Source: Lama guanicoe
Taxonomy: Eukaryota
NCBI GenBank assembly: GCA_013239625.1
Contig: MU053684.1
Location: 52,611 to 116,610, forward strand
Direction: 5' to 3'
DNA: 64,000 bases
In this document: piece by piece, positions 1-11,697 of the stretch
How the letters are laid out: each line of letters begins with the position of its first letter
Position numbering within the stretch: position 1 is the first letter of the stretch
Notes under the pieces: generated by a model
Databases searched by the model: none
Told to the model about the DNA's origin: nothing
Seen by the model: only the letters and a program-made list of their open reading frames with translations
Made by a program: the position numbers and the translations under genes

Positions 1-350
1 TTTTCCAAATAAGATATACAAATGGCCAATAGGTACGTGAAGTCTCTCAACTCACTAACCATTAGGGAAATGTAAATCAAAACTACAATAAGACATAATC
101 TCACACCTGTTAGAATGATTATTATCAAAAAGACAGCAAGTGTTGGTGAGGCTGTGGAGAAAAGAGAATCCTTGTGCACTGTTGGTGGGAATGTAAATTA
201 ATACAGCCATTATAGAAAACAGAATTGAGGTTCTTCAAAAAATTAAAAACAGAACTAATATATGATCCAACAATCCCACTTCAGAGTATATATCCAAAAG
301 AAACAAAATCACTATCTTAAAATTACTATCTGCACCCCATGTTTATTTTA
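1..350 (+). mobile_element. LINE-1 ORF2 3' fragment
   Basis: Typical L1 motifs (actgttggtgggaatgtaaat, tatgatccaacaatcccact). Confidence 0.8.
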
Positions 351-1254
351 GAATTACTTAGAAATAAATAATAAAATTTATGAATTCATAATAGTGATTG
401 CCTTCAAAGAGCAGAGGGAAGAAAATAAACCTGGGATTGGTGATTCGAAGGAATTTTAGCCATGTCAGTACTATTTTTTCTAAGAAGAAAAATTGGGAAC
501 AAATGTGACAAATGTTACATTACAGGTAGTGTGACTATTGATTCCTGAGATACTGTGATTTTTAGCATTTTTAAAATAACTGAAAATGAAAAGAAAGCAT
601 ATAAAACAAATATACTATAAAGTCATGAGGAAGCAGGTAATCATGACAAATATATCTGTAGATTACCAGTGTGTCCACCTGCAAAAGATTCAGCCCTTTT
701 TGCAGTGCAACCTATCCCTTCAAGTTCTTGGACTCTCTAAAGAAATAACTACACATTTTCACTGAAATCTTCTATCAGAATAAACCTCTTCTGGTTTCCT
801 TTATGTTATCGACTGCCCATGAGGCTATTTGAAGAAGCTGCCCTTAATAGTGAAGAGAACATAGAGCTTGCTCTCAGAGAAGGGAGCGACAACCTGGGCA
901 AATCCAGTGGGGAACAGTGGTGAGGACTACAGAGATTAAGAATGTGGGTGGAGATTGGGAGAGAAAAATGGCAAAGACCAAGAAAGCAGCTCAACTGAAA
1001 CAGGTGGGGATGTGACACATTTCCTGATTTCACACAATCAGAGACCTAGATGGGAAAGGAAAGAGTGAGCTCCATCTCTAGCTGTGGCCATTCCTTCCAT
1101 AACATTCTCAAGGCAAGGTGGTCCTTTCTTAATCTCTCTTCTTTTCACTACTATTCAGTCTGTGATGCTCATCTTAATAATGACATCAGTGATAATGTGT
1201 TTTTGTTTCATCAGACAACTACACTAATTTGTTCATTTGCCTTTTTTATTAAAG

Positions 1255-1275
1255 CAAGACCTGAGAAACCTAAAA
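1255..1275 (+). CDS. TSBP1: TSBP1 internal micro-exon (21 nt, x-RPEKPK)
   Basis: ttgccttttttattaaag|CAAGACCTGAGAAACCTAAAA|gtaagt; phase 1-1, open. Confidence 0.65.
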
Positions 1276-2266
1276 GTAAGTCCCATGTTTCTCTCAATTC
1301 AGTTGTTATCATTGGTTTTTTAGAGTATCTAGAAGCCCTTTTGTGCCCGTTTTTAGCATGAATGTGCCAAGGTTTAAGTTTTATATTTCTGACTATGCTT
1401 TACTTAATTTTTTCAGCATTTCTCACCTTCTATCTTCTTGTTTCCCTATTTCTATTTTCAGTATCTTGCTCCATTTTCAACTATCAATTTCCATTAGGAG
1501 GCTATAATTGGAACTAATTGGTACTTAATGTGGTACTACAATAATAAATAATATGTATTAAGTACTTATAATATGCCAGGCACTGTACTTAGAGCTTTAT
1601 ATATACACATACATTATATCAGATAAGTATTGCTATTCCTATTATAAAAAAAGAAGGAAATAGATTAGGTAACTTGCCTATGATTCCATAATTATGAGCA
1701 GCAGAACCTGGGATTCAAATTCAGGTTTGTATACAGTTAAGCAGTGCCTCCATCTCATTCAAATGAGAAATACGGTCACAGGCCCTAAAATACTTATGCT
1801 TATGGGGAAAATAAAAATTTTCTAAAATTAATCTAAAAAATAATAATTAGCACAGAAGAATCATGGTAACCATGATAAATCCATAGAATAATTCTAAAGA
1901 AGTGATGGAAAAGAGAGGAATAAAAAGAAGAAGAGGCAATAAAGGGTAAATTATATAAAAATCTTACCAGTTGATGATTTTTGAAAGTTTGAATTAGCAG
2001 AGAGAAATCAGAAGGAAGAAAATAGCCTTTCTGAATGATTCCACTCTTGCCTTTCTTTCCAAAAAGGCTCTCAAATTAAAAGGGACCTGAGCAAAATAAT
2101 CTGAAGATACTTATCCTCCCACTATATTTAACTGACTCTAAAAAGAGGGTTTGGTGGTCTCTTAAAGTCCTGTTTCTAAAATTCCAGCATAAAATATTTG
2201 AGAAGTAACTCTGTTCTTTACCCAGAAACCTCCCATTCATTTAATTATTTGATTTCCTTTTCACAG

Positions 2267-2284
2267 TAAGGCAAGAAGAACCAG
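2267..2284 (+). CDS. TSBP1: TSBP1 micro-exon (18 nt, x-RQEEP)
   Basis: tttccttttcacag|TAAGGCAAGAAGAACCAG|gtaagt; phase 1-1, open. Confidence 0.7.
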
Positions 2285-3855
2285 GTAAGTTCTACACCTA
2301 TTCATTAATTCTAGGGTTGGTTCCTGTATCGATTACACCCTTTTCTGAACATGTAAGGCCCTGACATTCAACTTTTCCAATTTCTCTTGTTTTTACATTG
2401 GATAAATTCCTTTAAAGTTACTGATGAATATTTTGAAAGTAAAAAACCACAGATAGCAAATCAAATATTCAGCTGGTTAAAGATGACCTGAAACAAGAAA
2501 TAATGCTTATGAACATTTTTTGCAAATTGTCACCTATGGAAAAAAGCTAGCTACTAATATTTTTATTATTAGAGTTTATAAATACTTTTGGTAGGAAATT
2601 TTAAAAGTAGGTGACAGAAATAAAATTGAACCGGCAAAGTTAAATTCACTGAGATCTTATTCACTCAGAAATATATAATTATTGAAGGCCTACCGTGTGC
2701 CAGGCTCTGGGAATACAGTAAGGACCAAAATAGAAGATACAATCCTTCCAGAGTTTATATATAAATCTGAACATTCTTGACATTTTTCTCATCCACAGAA
2801 GTTGAGGAAAATTGGAAGAAAAAGTAATTTATTTCTCTCACTTCTTCTAGAAATTGAGTTATTGCATCTGACCAATATGTTTTAGTAGTATTAAGAAGTA
2901 AAGTATATTTCTGTCTTCATTCACTGAACAGTATCAATGAGAGAGCCATGGTCTCTATATCTAGATTGATGACACCTGCAATTCTAAGAAATTCCCTTTC
3001 CTTTTGATATTTGTTATGTACCCATTGTGGGCTTTTTCCTAAACATGGTTGTTTACATTTCAAGGGAAAGATTGACATTTATATCTCTCTTCAGAATCCT
3101 GCTAGAATATTTATGACTTTATACAAAGCATAGATTACAAAGATAGATGAAAAAAATAAACATGATTGATTTTTTTCCTAGTAAGTTAAAATGTCCCACT
3201 AAAAACAAACCATTTTTGTATACTTAAAAAGACTTATGATATGGATATAATAAAGATCATATATTATTGCCTGAGGAGGGAGTCAGAAAAAGTGAACTCT
3301 GTCTTCATTTCTGACAGCTAGAACTGCTCATGGTCATTTATCTTTGCATACACATAGACCAACTTCTTTCCACCTGGATTACTGAATAATACCTGGAAAA
3401 TGAAACTGATAAACAGGAATAATTGAGAATGTGATGAAAATCTTGGGATTAGCACTACTGACTTTTCAAGAAAATATATTTTCAACTAACTATAAGAGAG
3501 AAATGACAGAGAAAAGTGGGAAAACTCATGAAAGAGTGAGCAATGAGAGAAGGGAATAGAATGAAAATGGAAGCAAAATTGAAAGGAAATAAGGCTTTTC
3601 CGGCTCTGTGGTATTTCAATTTCCAAGCAAAACTGGCTGATAAAAGGAAGATAACTCACCCCTTCTCCACCTGTCAAAACTACTATGTAGCTGTAAAAGG
3701 GACACTAAAGTAACTCGTGTAAAAGGCTTGACGCTTGCTCATCCTTTCCATTCCAGAAATTCCTGTATGGAAACAGTATCAGTAAGAATTCTATTATCAG
3801 TGTCAATTCTGTTATCAGTGTCAACTCATACTAATAATTTCTGTTTGGATTTTAG

Positions 3856-3876
3856 CACATGTAGCAGTACCTATCA
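3856..3876 (+). CDS. TSBP1: TSBP1 micro-exon (21 nt, x-HVAVPI)
   Basis: tttggattttag|CACATGTAGCAGTACCTATCA|gtaagt; phase 1-1, open. Confidence 0.7.
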
Positions 3877-4577
3877 GTAAGTTCCTTTTCTTTTTATAAA
3901 TCTGGTACAAATTGGGATCCCAAAATGAGAACTTTCTTCCAATTCTGAATAGCTGCATTTAATGCTTCTATTTATAAATAATCTCCTTCTCCTTCTTACT
4001 TGGCAACCTGCTGTGTTATCAATTTCTCAGTGAAAAGAGTATTTGACTAAGAGGCCAAATATAAAAGAAACATTTTGTTTTCTAAAAAAATTCAAATAGC
4101 TTTCAGTAACTTTTCATACTGCAAAAAACTTTTCATACTGCAAAAAGGAAAGACACATAGGGTGGGATACAGTCAATATGGAGTTACCAATAAGGAACAG
4201 AGGAGAAAAATCACTATGTTAGGTGTCGGAAAAGGAAAGAGAATAACTGCAATTAGCATTCAAATTTTTTGAAAGTTCCTGCACAATTTAAATCCTCCAT
4301 ACTAGAGAAGAAAAAGAATGATGTAAGCATATATGTACTAGCCCACTCTGCCTTTTTACTCCATCATAATACACTGAAACCAGTCGTATCAGACTAGGAC
4401 TATTCCTTTACCACAAGAGAAATGCTAATTCCTCTTATTCCATTATGGGCATCTTTCTGGGGGAGGTTTGATGTCTTACAAATATCTCTCTGTTGCCCTG
4501 GAAAGAGCAAAGAAGGAAATTATATTCTTGATCCAAAAATTCTGCTAATATATTTTTGTTTCATGTTGCTCTGCCAG

Positions 4578-4595
4578 TTACTCCAATATCTATTG
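4578..4595 (+). CDS. TSBP1: TSBP1 micro-exon (18 nt, x-TPISI)
   Basis: ttgctctgccag|TTACTCCAATATCTATTG|gtaagt; phase 1-1, open. Confidence 0.7.
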
Positions 4596-7505
4596 GTAAG
4601 TTATTATTCATCTGTTTTTAATTCCAATGTCTTTTAGAAAAGTTTCCCTGAAATGAATTCACATTTTACAACCCCCTTTGCTGTCCCATTATCTAGTACC
4701 CTTAAATTACTGGTGAATTTAGAGTCCATAGTGTGCCCAATGACTGGTAAAATTTTAAAAAAGGATAGAAAATTAAGACCCTGAGGTAGTACTTTTTACC
4801 CAATGAAGAGAAAAATTTAAATATAATAAAAATATCACTAATGCTTTGATAAAAATTATACATTGATACATCACTGATTCCATTTAAATTAATATAACCA
4901 TTTTAGAAAGCAAATGTGCAGTATGTTGCAAGATCTACAGATGATAGTACCCTTTAAACTCATAATTCCACATATATATATATATATATATTCTCAAGAA
5001 TGATTCTAAATATGGAATAAAACCATTTGCATGATTTTAAGTGGTAAAAGAAAATGGAAAGGTAATATATTGCAGTGATTAAGAAAAGAATCATACAGAC
5101 CTAAGTTCAAAACTCAGCTAAAACACTTACCAGACATGTGGCTGTGGGTAAATTACTTAATTTCTCTTAAAATTTAATGTGTATTATCTTTATTTGGTAT
5201 TATCTTTAATTATTTACTGCAAATCTGATGTTCTCATTTCCTTAATCCACATTACTGAAACAACTGATTTATTTATTTATAAATTAGAGGAGAGCATAAA
5301 CCCCTACTGAAGGGGAAAAAAAAGACAGGGGGAAATAAGTGCTGGGGACAGTTTAAACATTTTATCATCACAGATCAAGCCATGAGGGAAATCTGATGAT
5401 GAAGAGAGAAGGAGAGCAGAGAAATCAGGTCTTTCAGCCAAAACAGAGAAGGCAGAAAAATTGTGAGAGCTAAATTCAAATGTAGCAACATCTAATTCCT
5501 TTCTCCTACTATGTTTCAAGGGTCTACTTTGTCATACTTTTCAGTGGAGGACTTTCAAGAGAAACAGTTTTTCAAAAATTACACATGAATGTGAAATTCT
5601 TTTTTCCTAATTTCCTAAGAAATATGTGTATATATACATACTTTTCCCATCCTTGCCCATGTCTCCTAAAGTAAACTTAAATTTTTCATGTCCATTTATA
5701 TAGGATGATAACCTTACTAACTCTGTAAGTCAGGGAAACCATGTTAGTTATTCTTTCAAAATAAACACCCGTAGAGAGATCTATTTTTATGGTTTTGACA
5801 CAAGATTCCGAAGTACCTGTAGTAGTATAGTTCTTTATTTGGCAGTCATAAAGAGCTTCTTCCAGGTTGACATTAGCTAAGTGCTAAGTGTTGTGAAAAG
5901 GCTTCGTATTTTAATCAGATGATAAAATGTCCCTTTTTACTATATTTAGAAGCAATAGCATTAAGACATATTCTGTTCAGGACACTAGGTGGAGGTATGA
6001 CTGACTTGGATGAGATATTATGTATAATTTCACCAGCTGCCTATTTCTCAGCAGCTTATTGTATTCCCTCCACATACAAAGCCAGCCATTTTTATCTAAC
6101 AACCATATTTCAACTCTTTTCTAAATGACCTATGAGCAAAGAATAAATCTTTAACTTATTATAATAATAGTCTTTACAGTCACTGTTGGTTTTTAAGTCA
6201 TAAATAATGCTTATCTATAATAATTGTGTGAAATCAATACATTATACTAACTGGAAACTAGTATCTGACTATCAATAACTTCTATACCAGAACAGTAATC
6301 ATTACTGCATGCCATCTCCCAGCACTCCTATTACCTGCAATTTATATGAAGTTGTGGGTATATTAATGCCTCCACTTTTGCCCTTCAGCCCTAGATTACA
6401 GGACAAAAACAACAGAGAGGTTAATTAATGATGTTTCATTGCAGCTTCCTTCTTAGGAGAAGAGTGGTTTTAGGAATTCTTTTCCTCTTCCACCATAGAG
6501 AATATGATTAGTAACTTAATTTTAAGAAGCTTGAATTTTGTGTTAGGTTAGGTACAGTTCTTTTCCAAACCCATCAACATACTGTCTGGTTGTCAATCCT
6601 AGTGTCCTTTGGCCTTCCACAGGGTTCCAGTCCCATGCTTTGATTCTCTATAATCATGCCTGTTAATGCAAAATCTAAGTGGCATGTTTCCCCATCTCTT
6701 TTACTGTTAAATTTTTCTGCATTTCTCAAAATTATTGATGATAAGTGAAAAATCTATTGATGCAAGGAATAAAAAGAACAGACATAATGTGGCCTTATTT
6801 TTAATAGAACAAATGTCCTAAAGTAATAAAGACTTTAGCTCAGATATTTTTTAAGTAAGACAAAGAACAGTAAAGTGATGGACCTAGAAGAATTACATAA
6901 GGGAAGGTAAAGAATAAAACAGACACATTCTGAGATTAGAGACTGAAATAGAAAGAAAAATAAAAGGAGCAAAATTTAAATAAACATAGCTAGCTCTTGA
7001 AGAGTTTTAAATCTTCAAAAAAAATTGAGAAGAAAAGGAAGAAAGACTAAACTCCATTTTTCCCACTCTGAAGATATGAAAGATTGAGGACTATAAAAGA
7101 TCAGGAAATTGAAGCTCTTGGAATTTCTCACTTGTCATTATAACTGATCCTGGCTCTGCCCTATCCTATACCTCTGAAGATGTGCAAGAAAGAATGCTTG
7201 TCTTACATGGTTATAAGTTTTACATGCTATTTCTTAAACTAGATTTAAAATTCTGATTAAACTCCAGAAATTATCAAAAAGAAAAAAACATTGAAAAATT
7301 ATCATTACAAAAGCTTTAAAAGTGATAATTATAAATAAACTTTGTGTACTACAAAAGGAATATGATGAGTGCTGAGATGGTGGTAGAGCTTTGAAAGGGA
7401 GAGAGAATGCTGAAAGACAGAAAAACTGAAAAGATCCTATATGACTGAAGTATTGAAAATTGACACAACATTGTAACTGACTATATTTCAATTAAAAAAA
7501 AAATA

Positions 7506-7720
7506 GGGGGAGGGTATAGCTCAGGTGGTAGAGCGCATGCTTAGCATGCATGAGGTCCTGGGTTCAATCCCTAGTACCCTCTCTAAAAATGAATAAACCT
7601 AATTACCTCCCCCACTCCCACCAAAATAAAATAATAAATAAGTAAAATATTTTAAATAAATAAATAAAATTAAATTAAAAATAAAAATAAAGAAGACATT
7701 AAAATAAAAATTTTTTTAAA
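7506..7720 (+). mobile_element. tRNA-Ala-derived SINE, camelid Vic-1 type
   Basis: GGGGGAGGGTATAGCTCAGGTGGTAGAGCGCATGCTTAGCATGCATGAGGTCCTGGGTTCAATCCC (A and B boxes), then aattacctccccc and an A-rich tail. Confidence 0.8.
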
Positions 7721-8056
7721 AAAAGGAATTAGGAAAAGGGAATTTAAATTAGTAATCTTGAACTGGTAACCAGTCTCCTGAAAGGTTGTGACCTTTGCCC
7801 TAGTTAACAATCTTAAAAATTATTTCATTAGAAAAGTGAGTCTCACTCATATAACCTATCAAACAGGCCTTCCAAAATGGCCTGGATGTTTAGGTTATTT
7901 AAATGGAGTTCATATTGAATTAATAAGAGATAGCACATTCATACAAGATGCAATGTTTCCCAAAAGTCCCTTTTCTGATGTTCCAACTGGATTTTCAAGG
8001 GTGGGAATTGAATACATAATTTTTTAAATAATAATTTGTTTTATTTTCTTTTTTAG

Positions 8057-8077
8057 TAATTGGTCCAGTAGCAGCTG
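8057..8077 (+). CDS. TSBP1: TSBP1 micro-exon (21 nt, x-IGPVAA)
   Basis: ttttcttttttag|TAATTGGTCCAGTAGCAGCTG|gtaagt; phase 1-1, open. Confidence 0.75.
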
Positions 8078-9169
8078 GTAAGTTCCAATTGTCTTTCTCT
8101 CTTTCCTCTGGTCATCTGTAACATCTGGGGTCCTTTAATGCACTGATACTTTTGACATCTGACCAGTCTGAACCCTGAAAATCAGACTATTTTCCACCTC
8201 TTTTCTTCCACATTTTTAAGTATTACTTTAATTATAAACAGTCTTGGGATTTGGAGTTTTGGGGGGTTTTCCCGTAAATTAAAGGCCCACAGAAACAGGA
8301 AACCACATGTCAAGGACCAAAAAAATACAAAGTTGTTCATTTGGTTAGAGAATTAAGTTACAGAAGAGAAACAGGAAAACAATGCTGGCAAAATATATTT
8401 GGGGTCAGATCACTGGAAAGGCTATGGAAATAACACACTAAGAAATTTATATTTTAATCTGAAGCTATAGGTGCTGAAGAGGGTGTGAAGAAAAGGGAAC
8501 CCTCCTACACTGCTGGTAGGAATGTAGTTTGGTGCAGTCATTATGGAAAACAGTATGGAGATTCCTCAAAAGACTGAAAATAGACTTACCATATGATCCA
8601 GCAATCTCATTCCTGGGCATATATCCAGAGGGAACCTTAATTCAAAAAGATACATGCACCCCAGTGTTCATAGCAGCACTATATACAATAGCCAAGACAT
8701 GGAAAAAACCTAAATGTCCATTGACAGATGACTGGATAAAGAAGTTGTGGTATATTCATACAATGGAATACTACTCAGCCATAAAAAAGAATAAAATAAT
8801 GCCATTTACAGCAATATGGATACACCTGGAGATTGTCATTCTAAGTGAAATAAGCCAGAAAGAGAAAGAAAACTACTATATGATATCATTTATATATGGA
8901 ATCTAAAAAAAAAAAAAGACTCACAGACATAGAAAACAAACATGATTATTAGTGGGGAAGAGGGTGGGAAGGGATAAATTGGGAGTTCAAGATTTGCAGA
9001 TAGTAACATATACATATATAAAATAGATAAACAACAAGTTCATACTGTATAGCACAAGGAATTATATTTCATACAGAACATGAAAATGAATATATATATG
9101 TTCATGTATGACTGAAGCATTATGCTATACACCAGAAATTGACAAAATGATGTAAACTGACTATATCTA

Positions 9170-9170
9170 A

Positions 9171-9211
<41 letters not shown>

Positions 9212-9217
9212 TATATA
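9170..9217. repeat. (TA)n microsatellite
   Basis: Direct reading, one G interruption. Confidence 0.95.
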
Positions 9218-9525
9218 AAGAATGTGAGATAATAAGTGTTGGCAAGGATGTGGAGAAGAGGGAACCCTTGTGGACTGTTGATGGGAGTGTAAATTGGTCC
9301 AACCACTATGGAAAACAATAAGGAGATTCCTCAAAAAATTAGAAATAGGTCTACCATATGATCCGGCAATTCCTCTTCCAGGTATATACCCCAAAGACAA
9401 TGAGACAAGGTATCAAAGAGATATATGTAATCCCATGTTTATTGTAGCATTATTCACAATAGTCAAGATACAGAAACAACCTAAGTGCCCATGAGCAGAT
9501 GAATGGATAAAGAAGATGTGGCATA

Positions 9526-9830
9526 CAGTCATCCCTCTGTATCGATGGGTTCAGCATCAATGAATTCAACCAACCATGGATAGAAAATATTCAGGAAAAA
9601 ATTCCAGAAACTTTCAAAAAGCAAAATTTGAATTTGTTGCATGCTAGCAAATATTTACATAGCACTTACATTGTATTAAGTACTCTAAGCAATCTAGAGA
9701 TGATTTAAAGTATACAGGAGGATGTTTGTAGTTTATATGCAAATACTATGCCATTTTATATAAGAAAGTTGAGCTCCATGGATTTGGGTGGGAAGGATAA
9801 AGTATTCCCGTAGATACTGAGGGATGACTT
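9526..9830. mobile_element. Tigger3-like non-autonomous DNA transposon inserted in L1
   Basis: Terminal inverted repeats CAGTCATCCCTCTGTATC / GATACTGAGGGATGACT, preceded by TA; internal ttcaaccaacc...gaaaatatt motif. Confidence 0.75.
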
Positions 9831-10954
9831 ATGTATCCAATGAAATATGATTCACAGCCATAAGAAAGGAGGACATCTCACCATTCACAACAACACAGAT
9901 GGACCATGAACATGTTACGCTAAGTGGTTAAGTCAGACACAGAAAGGAAGTACTGCATGGTATCATACATATGTGGAATCTGAAAAAGCCAAATTAGTAA
10001 CAACAGAAGTAAAATGGTGGTTACTAGAGAATTAGAGGAGTGCAGGTATAGGACATGTTTAAGATTACAAGCTTGCAACAAGTAGTCAATAAGCCTTTGA
10101 GATTTAATGGACAATATAGTAAATATAGATAACAATATTATAATTGTCAGACTTGCTGAGAGACTAAAATATAAGGATTCTAACCACTAAAACAAAAGAA
10201 TCATTATGTGATAGAGGTGCTAATTATCACTACAATGACAGACATATTATAATACATAAATGTATCAAATTATGTTGTGTTAAGTGAAGTAACTCAGAGA
10301 AAAGACAAATATCATATGATATCTCCTGTATGTGGAATCTAAAAAAAAAATGACCCAAATGAACATATTTACAAACCAGAAATAGAATCACAGATGTAGA
10401 AAAAAATGGTTACCAAAGGGGAAAGAGGTGGGGTGGAGAATAAATTAGAGGAGTTTGGGATTAACATATACACACTACTATATATAAAACAGATAAACAA
10501 CAAGGACCTACTGTATAGCACAGGGAACTATATTAACTATCTTGTGATAATAATTACATTATAGGAATTCCTTCTTATAATGGAAAAGAATCTGAAAAAG
10601 AATATATATACATGTATATGTATAACTGAATCACTTTGCTATACACCCAAAACTAACACAGTGTTGTAAATCAATTATACTTCAATAAAAAAAGAAAATA
10701 AAAAAATTAACATTTGTTATACCTTAAATTTATGTTATGTTATATGTCAATTATAGTTCAGTTTAAAAATTTTTTAATAAAGTAACTAATCACAACAGAC
10801 CAAGATAAGAGGGAAGGGAAATGGAGGTTCTCCATATTTAAATAAATGGAACTTAATTGTTCTTGACACAGATTCCAACCAGTACAGAGGCTTGAGGGTT
10901 GGGGAAGAAGGGAAAACCCAATATCTACTGTTGGTTTTTTTTTGTCTCTTTCAG

Positions 10955-10975
10955 TGGACAGTTCTGGAAAAATCA
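10955..10975 (+). CDS. TSBP1: TSBP1 micro-exon (21 nt, V-DSSGKI)
   Basis: tgtctctttcag|TGGACAGTTCTGGAAAAATCA|gtaagt; matches the DSSGKI segment I recall from human TSBP1 (...MDSSGKITLTPVVILTGYMDEELAKKS...). Confidence 0.88.
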
Positions 10976-11682
10976 GTAAGTTTGGATCATTTCATTTCAT
11001 TGCTTTACCCATTTCTGTATCTCGGTCCTTTGAGTTTTCCCCCAAATTTTTGTATTCCAAGTTCTTCTGCCTTAGAATAGTCACTATGTCTTAAATAACT
11101 GATTTTCTCATATTTTTATTTCCTTTTCTCTAATTTCTGTTTGAAACAAAATATAATGGTCTTATATTTGGTTCTGGTTATTTTCTATCAAACATTATCG
11201 GCAGCATATATTCCCAGCTAGTCCATCAAAAAAGAGCCTATTTTCCTTGTGCTATAATCTGGCAATAGATAATTTTCACTACAAAGGAAAATCCCCTAAG
11301 ACTGACAAAGAATAGGACTAGATGGTGATTTTGATAACTGACCAACAATACACATTTTTCAAACTTAAATGAAGCAAAGTGGGTAACAAACTGACTTGTG
11401 AGAGAACAATGAAAAGTGGGAAATGCAATAGTTTGAATTTTGGTGGAATAAATATCACTTACCCAAGGATTCAATCCCATACACTAATGGTTTCCGAGAG
11501 ATAACCTCCCCTGTGGAGTAGGATGTGGGGGTTTGGCCAGCAGCTTCCCGGAGGATGAAACAGGGTTTTATATTCGCTAGAGATCCTACTCCTGCATTCA
11601 CCAACAAAGGGTATCATTGGGAATTGGGTTCTCCTTGAGTTAGAAAATTCCCACTGATCTTTCTTTTGTGTTTTATTTTTAG

Positions 11683-11697
11683 CCCTATCTCCTATGG
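11683..11697 (+). CDS. TSBP1: TSBP1 penultimate micro-exon (15 nt, T-LSPM)
   Basis: ttttatttttag|CCCTATCTCCTATGG|gtaagt; corresponds to recalled human TLTPV; splices in frame to the terminal exon. Confidence 0.85.

Larger units (their letters stand above)
8471..10770 (+). mobile_element. Cluster of nested LINE-1 3' fragments
   Basis: ORFs 8529 and 9294 encode the L1 ORF2 C-terminus ([31 protein letters not shown]); several 3'UTR and polyA tails. Confidence 0.88.

Noticed and set aside
2799..2823. 25-nt exon-like segment (cag|...|gtaatt)
   Set aside because: Not a multiple of 3 and weak donor; would shift the TSBP1 frame, though it may be a decayed exon
3757..3781. 25-nt exon-like segment (ttccag|...|gtaaga)
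   Set aside because: Frame-shifting length and only 74 nt from the next exon; unsupported
7506..7580. Functional tRNA-Ala gene
   Set aside because: Followed by a SINE body and A tail, and a second dispersed copy has target-site duplications; it is a tRNA-derived SINE
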